Origin: Eledone cirrhosa | Taxonomy: Eukaryota | Assembly (NCBI GenBank): GCA_964016885.1 | Contig: OZ024751.1 | Location: forward strand, 10,354,001 to 10,418,000 | DNA length: 64,000 nucleotides | Direction of reading: 5' to 3' | Shown: positions 1 to 13,516 of the stretch, one piece after another | How the letters are laid out: every line of letters starts with the position of its first letter | How positions within the stretch are numbered: the stretch's first letter is position 1 | Made by a program: the position numbers and the translations under genes | Notes under the pieces: model-generated | The model's database searches: none | Seen by the model: the letters and a program-made list of their open reading frames with translations, nothing else | What the model was told of the DNA's origin: nothing

Positions 1-1500
1 TCAATCGGGGGTACACAGTAAGTAAGGTACTAAATACATAGCAGAACATAAATTTTTAATATAGAAATGGCTTCTACAGGACTAGAACTGTTTCATTGAA
101 GGAAATCATCAGAAAAGCTGACTGTCAATGTGATATGGTGGTATGTATATATTTTCTGTTGGTTGGGGAAGGTGGTGATTGGGTGCAGGTCATTGGCTGA
201 TGGATTTAAAGAATGGAGATTCTTTGAAAACTATATTTAGAGAAAAATACATAGTGATACAGAATGAAACAAATGCAGGCACTCTTAATTTTCAAAGTTC
301 ATTTATTCTACAGGGCATGTCAATACAGCCACTTAATGAAAACCCTTTGCTTGCTTAGAATTTACTCAAACACGCACATGCACATACACTCACAGCGTAG
401 CTTTTTCATCCTCCCCTTCCTTAGTATGAGGTAGTCAAACTACTTCTCTCTCTTTACGTGTTGTGACAGAATCGCAGAAATTTATATATAGATTAACTGG
501 CCCTGTGCCATCAAAAATGATAGCTAATTGTAATATCTATCCATAATATAAAAAAGAGATGTTTGTTTGTTTGTTGGTTGATTGGCTCCTTCACACTCAC
601 ACACACAAGTGATACAAACATACAAACACACTACTGTGACGAATTTTAGAATACTGGACTTCTATAGTATTTCACCCTCTTCCATCCTCAGTCATCACAC
701 TCACACAAATATTATAGATAAATATAATTTATACAAACACACATATACACACACACACACATAAACACTCATATAATAACAGCCAATGTATGTAGCCAAT
801 TTGCTACACATATATACACACAGACGGTGCTTTCTGTAGTTTGTCCTCACCCTTTCCTTCCTCAGTCATCTCTAGTGCATGACGGACAAATACACATTGG
901 CTTTTATTATACCATGCTTTGCAGCATGGTATAATAACCCTTTACGGTCTGAGTTCAACTCCCGCTGAGATTAACTTTGCCTTTCATCCCTTTGGGGTCG
1001 ATAAAATAGAGTACCAGTAATGCCCTGAGATATTTCCTGGCCTGGGTGACATACTGTCAAGTGTTTCGTCTCTTTTGTGTCTGGTGATTACAAGTTTGTT
1101 CATCAAGTTGTTTGTTTTGTTGATTGGGAAATATTCAGAATAATTAGATGAAGATTTATTTACATAACAGTTGTTGATTGAACACTGTAATTATTGTCAA
1201 ATGTCTGCTACAGGAGAATATATAATAATTAACTATGTTCTCTGTTAATTACTGAATACAATTACTCTATTAAAATTCAGATGGTTTAATCACATATATA
1301 TGTGTGTGTGTGTGTATGTCTGTATGTCTGTGAGTGTATATTTTAGTAAGTGTGTCTGTGTTTGCACGTTTATATTTATATACTCATACATATAAATGTA
1401 TACATATGCACATACACTCATGCACACACATATACACATATGCGTCAGCGTGTTGAAAAGAAAATTCTAGTTATCAAAAACACATGTAATCACCAGATAT

Positions 1501-1695
1501 CAGACCTGCCAACCTCTAAAAACACTAACGGGTGGGGGATACCATGAAAAAAGTGCCTCAAAACAGGGAGAAATGAGACAAAATAGGGAAGATTTTAATG
1601 AAAGATATACCCATTTTCACAAAAGAAGACATCTCTCACCCACCCCAAAGTGGGTGGAAGATATCCCTATTGGATAGAGAGAGTTGACAGGTCTG
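1501..1695. mobile_element. MITE with CAGACCTG(C/T)CAAC TIRs (hAT-like); copies at ~8960-9145 and ~22187-22382
   Basis: 13-bp terminal inverted repeats and three homologous copies; no clear TSD. Confidence 0.6.
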
Positions 1696-1779
1696 AAACA
1701 TGAAAGAAAAGTATGTCAAGCAGTGCCCCCCCCCCCCCCAACAGATCTAACTATAATAAACACCATACCATAAGCAACA

Positions 1780-2009
1780 TTAACCCTTTAGCGTTTACAT
1801 TACTCTATATATACTATTGTATTTTTGCGTTAAAGTCTTTATCTCACATAATTATCTCACATAATATCGAATCTATGAGATTTTTGATTTTACTTATTTT
1901 GAGAACAATACCTTAACATCACTATGAGTGGTCAGTTACAGTGGGTTTGAACAGAAAGTGGTGAGAGAATTCTGGTTGGATATGGCCAGTTTAAATGCTA
2001 AAGGGTTAA
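1780..2009. mobile_element. piggyBac-type MITE (~225 bp)
   Basis: TTAA-CCCTTTAGC(G/A)TTTA ... TAAATGCTAAAGGG-TTAA terminal inverted repeats with TTAA target site. Confidence 0.85.
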
Positions 2010-2137
2010 TACTCTGTCTAAGTAAGTGTGAGTCCCTCAAAGTGGAGTGGCTGTTCCAACGCATCTCCTTCGCTGTTCTCCAGGGCAATGTCTTCTCCAT
2101 CCTGTTGGCCGGGACCCCGAGGCAGACTGTCGCTTAA
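2010..2137 (+). mobile_element. 3'-end fragment of a restriction-like-endonuclease (CRE/R2-group) non-LTR element; second copy at ~2320-2441
   Basis: WLFQRISFAVLQGNVFSIL matches the FQRLS.A.QRGNA..I terminal motif of RLE retrotransposons. Confidence 0.55.
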
Positions 2138-2441
2138 CCCTTTATTACATACCCCACAATGCTTCATATTAATTATATTACTGTATTCTTGTTCTTTAAC
2201 CCGAGCTCAGGTCTAATTGAGCAAACCTATGAGAATGTTAGAAAATAAAGAATTATTTAACAGAGGGTAGAGAATTAACCCTTTAGCATTTAAACACCAT
2301 ACCATAAGTGACATGAACACTCTGTCTACACAAGTGTGAGCCCCTCAAGATGGAATGGCTGTTCCAATGCATCTCCCTTGCTGTCCTCCAGGGTAATGTC
2401 TTCTCCATCATGTTGGTTGAGACCCCGAGGCAGACTGTCCC

Positions 2442-2856
2442 TTAACCCTTTAACATTTAAACCGGCTGTATCTGGCCAGAATCCTCTCGCCTCTTTCTGT
2501 TGAAACTAACTGACCACACATACTGATGTTAAGGTATTGTTCCCAAAATAAATAATATTGAAATCTCATAGATTCAATATTATGTGAGATAATTATGTGA
2601 GGTAAAGCCTTTTATGTGAAAATACAATAATAAATATAGATTAATGTAAATACTAAAGGGTTAAACCAGCTGTATCCGGCCAGAATTCTCCCACCTATTT
2701 CTGTTCAAACCGGCTGTAACCGACCACTCATACTGATGTTAGGTATTGTTCTCAAAATAAATATCGAAATCTCATAGATTCAATATTATGTGAGTCAAAG
2801 CCATACCATGAAAATACAATAGTAAATATAGAGTAATGTAAATGGTAAAGGGTTAA
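2442..2856. mobile_element. Two tandem copies of the piggyBac-type MITE
   Basis: Same internal sequence and TIRs; the second copy lacks most of its left TIR. Confidence 0.8.
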
Positions 2857-3194
2857 GATATGCTATTTGTGAACCTACTAACACATTTATTTTACACTAG
2901 CCTTCAGAAATAAAGTATAGAATGACTTGGATTTTTACTTGCAACAAAACAATCCCTGAGAGTGAAAATCTAAGTAGAACAATATAAATAAGTATATAAG
3001 GCGATGACAACACTTGTCTCCTGTGACAAGATTATTTTATAGTCAGCTCGTGACACTTGAACAGTTAGTTGTATCTAAATATAATTGTTTCTACTTTTGG
3101 CACAAGGCCAGCAATTACCCAGTGCATTACTGGTACTTTATTTTATCGAGCCCGTAAGGATGAAAGGCAAAGTAAACCTCAGCGGGATTCTAAA

Positions 3195-3715
3195 TATAAT
3201 AAACACTGTAGCCATGAGCTACATCTACAGTCTTTCTGACAGTGATACTCCAACAGATAGCTCTTTCTAACCATAATAAACACTGTAGCCATGAGCTACA
3301 TCTACAGTCTTTCTGACAGTGATACTCCAACAGATAGCTCTTTCTAACCATAATAAACACTGTAGCCATGAGCTACATCTACAGTCTTTCTGCCAATGAT
3401 ACTCCAACAGATAGCTCTTTCTGACAGTGATACTCCAACAGATAGCTCTTTCTAACCATAATAAACACTGTAGCCATGAGCTACATCTACAGTCTATCTG
3501 CCAATGATACTCCAACAGATAGCTCTTTCTAACCATAATAAACACTGTAGCCATGAGCTACATCTACAGCCTATCTGACAGTGATACTCCAAGGACTAAT
3601 TCTTTTTAACCATAATAAACACTATATATTATGAGCTACATCTACAGTCTCTCTGCTAGTGGCACACCAAGGACTTGTATCCAACCATAATAAACACTAT
3701 ACTATGAACAACATT
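3195..3715. repeat. ~75-bp minisatellite
   Basis: Repeated taaacactgtagccatgagctacatctacagtctttctgacagtgatactccaacagatagctctttctaaccataa. Confidence 0.9.
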
Positions 3716-3999
3716 AATAATTGTTTCTTCTTTTGGCACAAGGCCAGCAATTATCCCAGTGCATTACTGGTACTTTATTTCATCGACCCCGTAAGGATGA
3801 AAGGCAAAGTTTACTTTGGCGGGATTTGAACTCATACCGTAAAGGGGTGTAACTCTATGCTGCAACGCATGGCTTCCGACCCTCTACCGGTACTGCCCAT
3901 CAACTGCCCTTAATAATGTCTGTCAGTAATACTCCAAGGACTAATTCTTTCTAACCATAGTAAATACCATAGTATGAGCTACATGAACATTCTATCTGC

Positions 4000-4390
4000 T
4001 ATGTTGTGATGTATGTTAAACTTAAGACATATATCATTAAGACATTATATACTTGACATATATTAAATTTAAGACATCACATGTTAATACATTGTATGCT
4101 GTGATATATATTTAACTTATGACATCACATGTTAAGACATTGTATGTTGTGATGTATAGTAAACTAAAGACATTACATGTTAAGACATTGTATGCTGTGA
4201 TGTATATTAAACTTAAGACATCACATCTTAATACATTGTATGTTGTGATGTATGTTAAACTTAAGACATCACCTTAAGACACTGTATGTTGTGATATATA
4301 GTAAACATAAGACATTACATGTTAAATCATTGTATGTTTCGACATATATTAAACTTAAGACATCACATGTTATGACATCATATGTTAAAC
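4000..4390. repeat. ~48-bp diverged minisatellite
   Basis: Repeated tgttgtgatgtatattaaacttaagacatcacatgttaagacattgta. Confidence 0.85.
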
Positions 4391-5059
4391 AGGGCGGTGG
4401 ATTGGCAGTATCAGTAGAGAGTCGGACGCCATACTTTCCAGCATAGTTACATCCCTTTACGGTCTGTGTTCAAATCCCGCCGAGGTTAACTTTGCCTTTC
4501 ATCCTTACGGGGTCGATAAAATAAAGTACCAGTAATGTACTGGATAATTGCTGGCCTTGTGCCAAAAGTAGAAACAATCATATGTTAAACATAAAAAAGT
4601 ATGTGAGATATTTTTGAAAAATTTTGATGTGTTCTTTCATGTCTAGGAATAACAAATTTTCCTCATACGGCTTACATCACACCAAAACCTGTATCATGGT
4701 TGAAATTACTGTAGGACTGTAGCTGGTACCAAAGAGTGCAATGATGATGTTACGATACATCAGATATTCACAAGGTCAGTATGAGAAATCTGAATAGAGC
4801 TTGCTTCATGCTGGCCATGTAAATATCTTCTGAACCGTTATTAGAGAGAACTGTTTGGCAAATCTTTAACTTTCCATCTTGCAAATGTCCATCTTGAAAC
4901 TGTTTGTTGTTGGTGCTGCTCTTTAGCCCCCGGTTAACCCAAATTGAACCAAATTATAACCAAAGGCATTCCAGTTTTGACCATCCCACCATATATTAAT
5001 GTTAAATCAAGGCAACAGTTTATTCATTTAATCAGACGTATTTCTATGGTCATGAATCT

Positions 5060-5549
5060 TGGGTAATGACCAAAAGAATACAATCACGAATACAAGTGGC
5101 CAAAATGGGATTCCTCCAAAGGGTCTTTGGAGTAATGTTACACAATTGAGTGCGTAGCTCGGAGATCAGAGTCACTCCAGGTAGAGCCGCTACTTCTCCG
5201 AATTGAGAGATCACAGCTCCAATATTATGGACATGTAGTTACAATGTGTCAGGAAAGAATCACTGGACAGATTTTATGAGCAGAACAACCAGCAAGAGAC
5301 CCAGGGGTAGATCCCAAGCAAGATGGGTGGATAATATCCATGAGCTTGGTTGGGCATGCATGGGGATCCAGTCGGATCAATTGGAGACAATTGTTTCTGA
5401 CAAGACCCACTGGAATGAGAGTTTGACGACTCTGTCCCACGACCCTCTCAGGAAGAAGAAGAAGAAGAAGAAGAAGAAGAAGAAGAAGAAGAAGAAGAAG
5501 AAGAAGAAGAAGAAGAAGAAGAAGAAGAAGAAGAAGAAGAAGAAGAAGA
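5060..5549 (+). mobile_element. RTE-like 3' fragment ending in (AAG)n; related fragments at ~11200-11370 (+) and ~48020-48290 (-)
   Basis: QLQYYGHV, KRPRGR..RWVDNI motifs followed by an (AAG)n tract. Confidence 0.7.
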
Positions 5550-6049
5550 ATTTATCAATGGAAGATTAAATTCAGAGAAGTTTCTTCATCAAACTGTATC
5601 AGCTCCATGGTTAGATTCGATCTCTACATGATTTATTTGTAACCTAGGTAGATGTGGACATGTGAGATTGAAGTAGCTCAAGATATAATAGAATGCAAAG
5701 TCAATGTAAACATATTAACCTTTGAACCAATGCTAAAAATAGCAGCCAAATAACCTCATACCATCTTTAAAACAAATGAATAACACATGTAAGCAATAAA
5801 TGGGCTCCCAACCCATCTGAGAGGTCAATAACTCGAATTAAGTACTGACTTAATTTATGATGACCCCCCATCCCACCACACTCCTCTCCAAACATTGATA
5901 ATGATGATGGTGGGTTTGATATACAAAAAGATGGGATGGTCACAGGTGGAAAGCTTTGATCATAAATTCTGATCAGCTGACCTAAACATTAAAACCAAAA
6001 CAATTAAAAAAAAAACAAGAACATCATATCAACCCTGACCCCTTTTTCT

Positions 6050-7245
6050 GATTGTAGATCTAGTTACATCTTACTAACAACTGTGGCCCTAGTTAAGTCT
6101 TACTAACAACTATGGCCCCTGGTTGTAGACCTAGTTAAACCTTACTAACAACTGTGGCCCTAGTTATGTCTTACTAACAACTATGGCTCCTGGTTGTAGA
6201 CCTAGTTACACCTTACTAACAACTGTGGCCCTAGTTATGTCTTACTAACAACTATGGGGCCTGGTTGTAGACCTAGTTACACCTTACTAACAACTGTGGC
6301 CCTAGTTATGTCTTACTAACAACTATGGCCCCTGATTGTAGACCTAGTTAAACCTTACTAACAACTGTGGCCCTAGTTATGTCTTACTAACAACTATGGC
6401 CCCTGGTTGTACACCTAGTTACACCTTACTAACAACTGTGGCCCTAGTTATGTCTTACTAACAACTATGGGGCCTGGTTGTAGACCTAGTTACACCTTAC
6501 TAACAACTGTGGCCCTAGTTATGTCTTACTAACAACTATGGCCCTGGTTGTAGACCTAGTTACACCTTACTAACAACTGTGGCCCTAGTTATGTCTTACT
6601 AACAACTATGGGCCCTGGTTGTAGACCTAGTTACACCTTACTAACAACTGTGGCCCTAGTTATGTCTTACTAACAACTATGGGGCCTGGTTGTAGACCTA
6701 GTTACACCTTACTAACAACTGTGGCCCTAGTTATGTCTTACTAACAACTATGGGCCCTGGTTGTAGACCTAGTTACACCTTACTAACAACTGTGGCCCTA
6801 GTTATGTCTTACTAACAACTATGGCCCCTGGTTGTAGACCTAGTTACATCTTACTAACAACTGTGGCCCTAGTTATGTCTTACTAACAACTGTGACCCTA
6901 GTTATGTCTTACTAACAACTATGGCCCCTGGTTGTAGACCTAGTTACACCTTACTAACAACTGTGACCCTAGTTATGTCTTAATAACAACTATGGCCCCT
7001 GGTTGTAGACCTAGTTACACCTTACTAACAACTGTGGCCCTAGTTATGTCTTAATAACAACTATGGCCCCTGGTTGTAGACCTAGTTACACCTTACTAAC
7101 AACTGTGACCCCTGATTGTAGTCCTAGTTATGTCTTACTAACAACTATGGCCGCTGGTTGTAGACCTAGTTACACCTTACTAACAACTGTGACCCCTGAT
7201 TGTAGTCCTAGTTATATCTTGCTAACAACTATGACTCTAGTTATA
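6050..7245. repeat. 71-bp minisatellite built from two related subunits (29+42 bp)
   Basis: ctagttacaccttactaacaactgtggcc + ctagttatgtcttactaacaactatggcccctggttgtagac. Confidence 0.93.
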
Positions 7246-7855
7246 TTATGATGACTCAGCAGTTTTTAGTCCTCTTTAGTCATAATTTAATCAATGCAAA
7301 CAATAGAGAACAGGAAAATGATAGCATATATCCATTTAAGGTTCACTCTTAATACTTATATGTATATATATGAATGTGTGTGTGTAGACAATACATTCAC
7401 TTAAGGTTAACACTTAATACATATATGTACATATATATTTGTGTGTCTGTAGGTATATGCGTGTTTGTATGAGTGTGTATGTGTGTGTGTATAAGTGTGA
7501 GCACATGTGCTTGTGTCTGAATGTGTGTGTGTGTGTGTGTAGACAATACATTCACTTAAGGTTAACACTTAATACATATATGTACATATATATTTGTGTG
7601 TCTGTATGTATATGCGTGTTTGTATGAGTGTGTATGTGTGTGTGTATAAGTGTGAGCACATGTGCATGTGTGTGAATGTGTGTGAATGCGTGTGTGTGTT
7701 TATGTGCTTGTGTGTGAGTGTATATGTATATGTGTATGTGTGTATATATGTGTGCGTGTGTTTGTGTTAAGTACATATTCACTTCTATCCTGCTTCACTC
7801 ATACATATAAGTTTAAAATATTGAACTCGTATACTTGGCTGATACAATATAACAA

Positions 7856-7914
<59 letters not shown>

Positions 7915-9202
7915 CACCACAAGAACATTTAACTCAATCAAAATTATGAAGGAAACCTTTTATAAACCTAGAAATAAGTCAAGAACAATGTATGACAACT
8001 GTCTATGTTTTAGAGATCTTAAAATGGAAATGAGCAGGATGTAGAATATAGAAAAAGACCCCTTCAGTCATAAATGACCACAGGTTTTTCACTTAGAATG
8101 TTCCCCACTTAGGTACAACACCGGGCAAGAAGGTTATTTTTATTTTTATTTTTATTTATTTTTTTGCCGAAGACCAGCAGTCACCCATGCATACCAGACT
8201 CCCCTCTCTATGTCAATGATTTTGTCCAAGGGAATGGTACCAGTGACATCACAACTCACTTCTACTGCTGAGTAAACTGGAGCAATGTGAAATTAATATC
8301 ACAACACACACTCAATGCAGTCACCACTCAAATATTACAACATACAACACACAAACTCTACTCAAAATACCAAAACACACAACCACTATTGAAATATCAC
8401 AACAAACAACACACAACTCACAGTCACTACTCAAATATCACAATATTCTACACACAACACATAACACACAATCACTGCACAAATATCACAGTATACAACA
8501 CACAATCACTACTTAAATATCACACCACACAACCACTACTCAAACATCACAGCACATAACACATAACACACAATCACTGCACAAATATCACAACACAACA
8601 CAGAACACAAAAACACACAACACATAATCCCCACTTAAATATCACTACACACAACAGACATCACACAACACACAAGGCGGAAGATACACACAAAAGTTTA
8701 TATTTACAAATTCAATAGAACAAAGAAAAGCTAAGACAAAGAAACCTGCTATGACATAGGACAAGCTGTAAACACCACTTTCAAATCAACCAGTGTTTGT
8801 TAGGCTCCAGTTTAAGGCCTATTATGTAAGATCCTCTTCTTTCATTCTTCAGTTGCTGACTGTTCAACTACATTTAATTGTGGCTGTGAATGACCTTACT
8901 GATATGTGATATTTTTAACTGCCGGAATTTACCATTGACATCGTTACCCAAACAGATATGTCAACATTTAAAAGCCCAAACAGGGAGTACCATGAAAAAA
9001 AGGGGCACAAAATGTGAAGAAAAGAAGCAAAATGTGGAGATTTTACATAAAGAAAGCTACCCATTTCCACAAAAGAAGACATCTCTCACCCACCCCAAAG
9101 TGGGTGGGAGATCTCCCCGTCAGACTGGGAGAGTTGACAGGTCTGCCCAAAGCAATTTGAGTTGATACATCTGCAATGGTTTGACCAGCACTCAAGGAGA
9201 AA

Positions 9203-10270
9203 TGTTTGTGGCATATATTAATGACATAGATGCCAACTTAAAGAATGCCACAGTACTGAAATATGCAGATGACATCAAGCTGTACCTTGAGATAAAAAGG
9301 ACAGATCCTGAACACTATAGATCTTGCCTGCAATCTGACCTGGACACAATGCAACAATGGATTGGCAACTAAAGCTAGCTGTGGACAAGTGCACCACCAT
9401 GCATTTTGGGAGTAAAAATCCAGCATCCACATACTCCCTCCACAACACTAATATCAAGAAGTCTTCTTGTGAACGTGACCTGGGCATTATGGTCAGCAGC
9501 GATCTGCGTTGGACGAAGTACATCTCTAAAATTATCAAGAAGGCCGAGTGTGTCTTAGCATCACTCAGCAAGACCTTTGTCAACCGCTTCCAGCTATCTA
9601 TTTAAAGCTGTACATAGCTATGGTGCGGCCACACTTAGAATTTGCATCACTAGTCTGGAACCCTTATCTTGTTCAGAACATTGACCAACTGGAAACTGTT
9701 CAGAGACGTGCAATACCCTCCATCAGGCATCTACCATACTCTGAACGCCTTTCTTCCCTGGGCATGGATACATTGAAGCTCCGACGTCTGGCAATTGACT
9801 TGGTAAACGCCCACAAAATTATTAACCATCTTGCCAACAACAACCCTGAGCACCTTTTTGATTTCCATGTGTCTAACACACGTGGGCATGCCCACAAAGT
9901 CAGAAAACAGCACAGCTCCCATGACTTTCGGAAACATTTTTTCACACTCAGAGTTGCTGAAGCATGGAACAAACTGCTTCCATCAGTTATTAGCTGTCTA
10001 GACACTGCATCCTTTAAAACCTCCATGGAACAAACTACCTGCATCAGTTATTAGCTGTCAAAACACTGCACCCTTTAAAACCTCCATGCTTCCTGAGATT
10101 CGCCAACACTACACCTAATATTCCCCCTCCATACACATACACACATGTATATCATGACTCATGCACTATTCACTTCCCTGACATTTGTATATTATTCTAT
10201 GTACTATACATGCACCTTTGACGAGTTGTAGTGCACCTGAGCACTTTACACAATAATTTCATTATTATTT
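9203..10270 (+). mobile_element. 5'-truncated CR1-group LINE (same family as 33925-36556)
   Basis: YADD, ERDLG, VRPHLEF and TRGH motifs; near-identical 3' UTR and tail. Confidence 0.92.
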
Positions 10271-11884
10271 AATTCATTGTCTCAAAATGGGAATTATTAA
10301 TTCAAATTAATAAAGGCTTTGTACAGAACATAAATACAATTAACAGAGATCAAACACAGAACAATAGTTACAAATACCAGGGAAAATGTATATAATTGCC
10401 TAAGTGAGATATCACAGATAACCTGTAACATGATTGTTTTATTCCTACCTAAGACCACACACACACACACACACACACACATGCACACACACACACATAC
10501 ATACACACTTACACTATACACTATTTTCTTTAATATTCAACATATCATACATCAATCTCATTTAACAATATATTCTGGGAGCAAAAGAGGAATTGTCTGC
10601 ACATTTGCTTGACCTGCTAAAAATAGCAGCCAAAATACCCTCCAAATCACACTTTGCTAGTTTAAATAAAGAGGGATACATTAAACAATGTAATAGTTAA
10701 AAACAAAATTTGTTTCGCTCAAACATGGTGGATACTTAAATGTATTTGTGAGGGAATAATAATAATATTATAATAATTGTTTCTACTTTTGGCACAAGGC
10801 CAGCAATTACCCAGTACATTACTGGTACTTTTATTTAATCGACCCTGTAAGGATGAAAGCAAAGTTAACCTTGGTGGGATTAACTTTGCCTTTTTATAAT
10901 AATATTATAATAATATTATTAATATTCAGTTTGTTTGCACACAAACAGCCTCATAATACCATGTGTGTTTTCTAGATGACTGGTGTCATCCTTTTGTTCC
11001 AGCGAATATGTTAATGGCTAGAATACATTTGAAAATAAGGTTTGTATAGAAATTAAGAGATTAAGAACAATAATAACAATAAACATTATAATGGTTTCTG
11101 ATTTAGGCCAAGCCCAACAATTTGGGGGGGAGGGGAAAGTTGATTCTTTTTTTGTTCTTCTTGCCACATTGCAGTTGCAGTTTTGGTGGTCTTATTTGCA
11201 AGATGGTTGGATAACGCTGAACAAGATGGTTGGATAACATCCATGAGCTTGGCTGGTCTTACTTGGGATGCAGCCGGATCCGTTAGGAACAGTTGCTTTT
11301 GACAGGACCCGCTGGAAGGAGTGTTTGAGGACTCTGCCCCCATGACCCTCTCAGGAATAAGTGTGCAAAGAAGAAGAAAAGGGAAAGTCGATCCAATCGA
11401 CATCAGTGCATTACAGGTACTTAATTTCATCGACATCATAAGGATGAAAGGCAAAGCTATCCTGGGTGGGATTTCAACTCAGAACAGAAAGGGACGTGAT
11501 TGACAATATATGAGGACATGTTATGTCAAATGGTAGAATATATTAAAGTCGGTGTTAGCATAATTATATTTAAATGTTGATCATAGTGATCAGAGCAATC
11601 ATTTTTAAAATGGTTAATTCTGGTAAAAAGGACCAGGGGAGATAATCCTGGTATTTTAAGTAAATTAAAATTAGATAAATATGAAATGTAGTGAAGAGTA
11701 AGGTGCATCTTCACATATATGTGTGTGTATATATATATGTGTGTATATATATATATATATTTTTATATATATATGATAATGCTGTCAGTGAAACATCCAA
11801 GGGAAAACCTAGTATGTTGAAAAAAGAAACATCCAATATATGTTTTTGCATCTCTGTGTTTGTCTTGTCTATTCTTGAACTATT

Positions 11885-12612
11885 CTAGGGCGGGTAAAAT
11901 TCCCAAGATCCATGGACGAGTTCTCTCCAGCGGTCTCTGTCCCTCATTATCGCTGCCATGTCCCGCGTCTCCAACAGACCAGTGTCTATCCTTAGGGCAT
12001 CAACATACGTTAACCTTGGTCTTCCTCTTCCAGTGTGTCTATGTTGAGGCTCCCACAAGAGCACTGAGTGCAATGTCAACTCTGGATGTCGGTGAGCATG
12101 TCCAGCTAACCTCAGTCTCCTCTGTGTCACTTTTGAGCTGACTTTTGGGATGCTCCCATACAGCTCTGAGTTTTTCATCCTCAGTGTATACTGATTAATG
12201 TTCAGAGCCATCCTCAGCATTCTCGTGTAGCACCCATCCACCATCTGAGTGAGTTTCTTGGTCAGTGTCCAAGTCTCAGACCCGTACAGCAGCACAGACT
12301 CCACTACAGCAATGAAAAGGCGGATTTTCAGGTCCGACTTCCACACTGATCTCAAGCTGTGGCACACCGCCCAGGCTTTGCTCTTCCTCTCAACCACATC
12401 ATCTTCCGTATTCCCAATCTTTGCTCCCAAATACAGGAAGTCCTCAACCAATTCTAGCAGCTTCCCGCCTACATTAGTGATCCCCTCTGGCTTCTCAACA
12501 TTCTCTAGCAGATATTTTGTTTTAGTCTCATTCATTCTCAGCCCCACACTTATCAACACAGTCTCAACCTCCTGCATCAAATCCTCTGCCTCCTTCACTG
12601 TATTTGTCACCA
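11885..12612 (-). mobile_element. RTE-type LINE 3' fragment (RT thumb/C-terminal region), different family
   Basis: 242-aa ORF with GLRMNETKT, FLYLG, LLYGSETW, RRLRLAGH, GRGRP and DRDRWR. Confidence 0.9.
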
Positions 12613-12642
12613 AAACTATATATATGTATATCTATAGATCGA

Positions 12643-12686
12643 TCATCTCACTGCATTGATATTTTGGTGAAATGTAATCATGATTT
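12643..12686 (-). CDS. Candidate terminal exon (EIMITFHQNINAVR*); an alternative is 8867-8842 (VEQSATEE*)
   Basis: Good acceptor (ttctcttttacacatatccttcag) in the required phase 1, followed by a stop. Other candidates fit about equally well. Confidence 0.25.
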
Positions 12687-12978
12687 CTGAAGGATATGTG
12701 TAAAAGAGAAATGTACATAATTTTCATCATATTTTAAATTTTTGTTAAATTTTAAAATGATACCATAATGAACCATATGTTCTTACATTCAATACAGATT
12801 ATCTCCAGTTAAAGTTGATATATTCTATTGTACATATATATCATTAGATATATATGTATATATGTCATTCACTATTTTGTAATGATTAAATGCTCAGATT
12901 TATTCTTTGAGCTTATTCTTAGGGGATAAAGTTCATGTTTGAGATTAACTCAAACATGACATCTATAATTTTTAAATG

Positions 12979-13054
<76 letters not shown>

Positions 13055-13169
13055 CACATATATACACACACACACACACAAAACGCCAGCACCAACAGTT
13101 TCGCAAGAGATGTCAACATGAATGGACCTGTTATTTGTATCTAATGACATTTTTTCCAATTCCAACCCG

Positions 13170-13335
13170 CCCGTCCCCTCAATCTATCTTATTTCTCATT
13201 CTTTCTTCTGATGAAGGACTAGCATCTGAAACGTTAAGTCCCTCTTCCTGCTATATCAAGGATTATCCTAATATATCCCTTCCATATACTGTATCGATTG
13301 TGTTGTTATTTCTGTTTACTTTTTACATACATATA
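13170..13335 (+). mobile_element. Penelope-like pLTR fragment with minimal hammerhead (CTGATGAAGGACTAGCATCTGAAACGTTAAG)
   Basis: Homologous copies at ~23290-23490 (+), ~46220-46360 (+) and ~60470-60600 (-). Confidence 0.55.
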
Positions 13336-13373
13336 TATATATATATTTGAGAAATATGGTTAAACACACATAC

Positions 13374-13516
13374 CAGCCTCTTTGAAGCTTGATTCATTGC
13401 ATTGGTAGAAAGATTTGATGGGCTGCATGGCTTCTTTCAAGAAATTCCCCATAAAATGTCTCGCGTTGTCTTCACAGTCTATCATGCCTACACAGTGTTG
13501 AAATTCAGACATAAGC
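13374..13516 (-). CDS. Exon 9 (143 nt): [21 protein letters not shown]...[12 protein letters not shown]
   Basis: ttttttttcag acceptor, gtatgt donor, phase 2->1. Paralogous to exon 5. Confidence 0.88.

Noticed and set aside
6050-7245. CRISPR-like regular repeats (also 19145-19835 and 3195-3715)
   Set aside because: No unique spacers, no cas genes, eukaryotic context; these are minisatellites.
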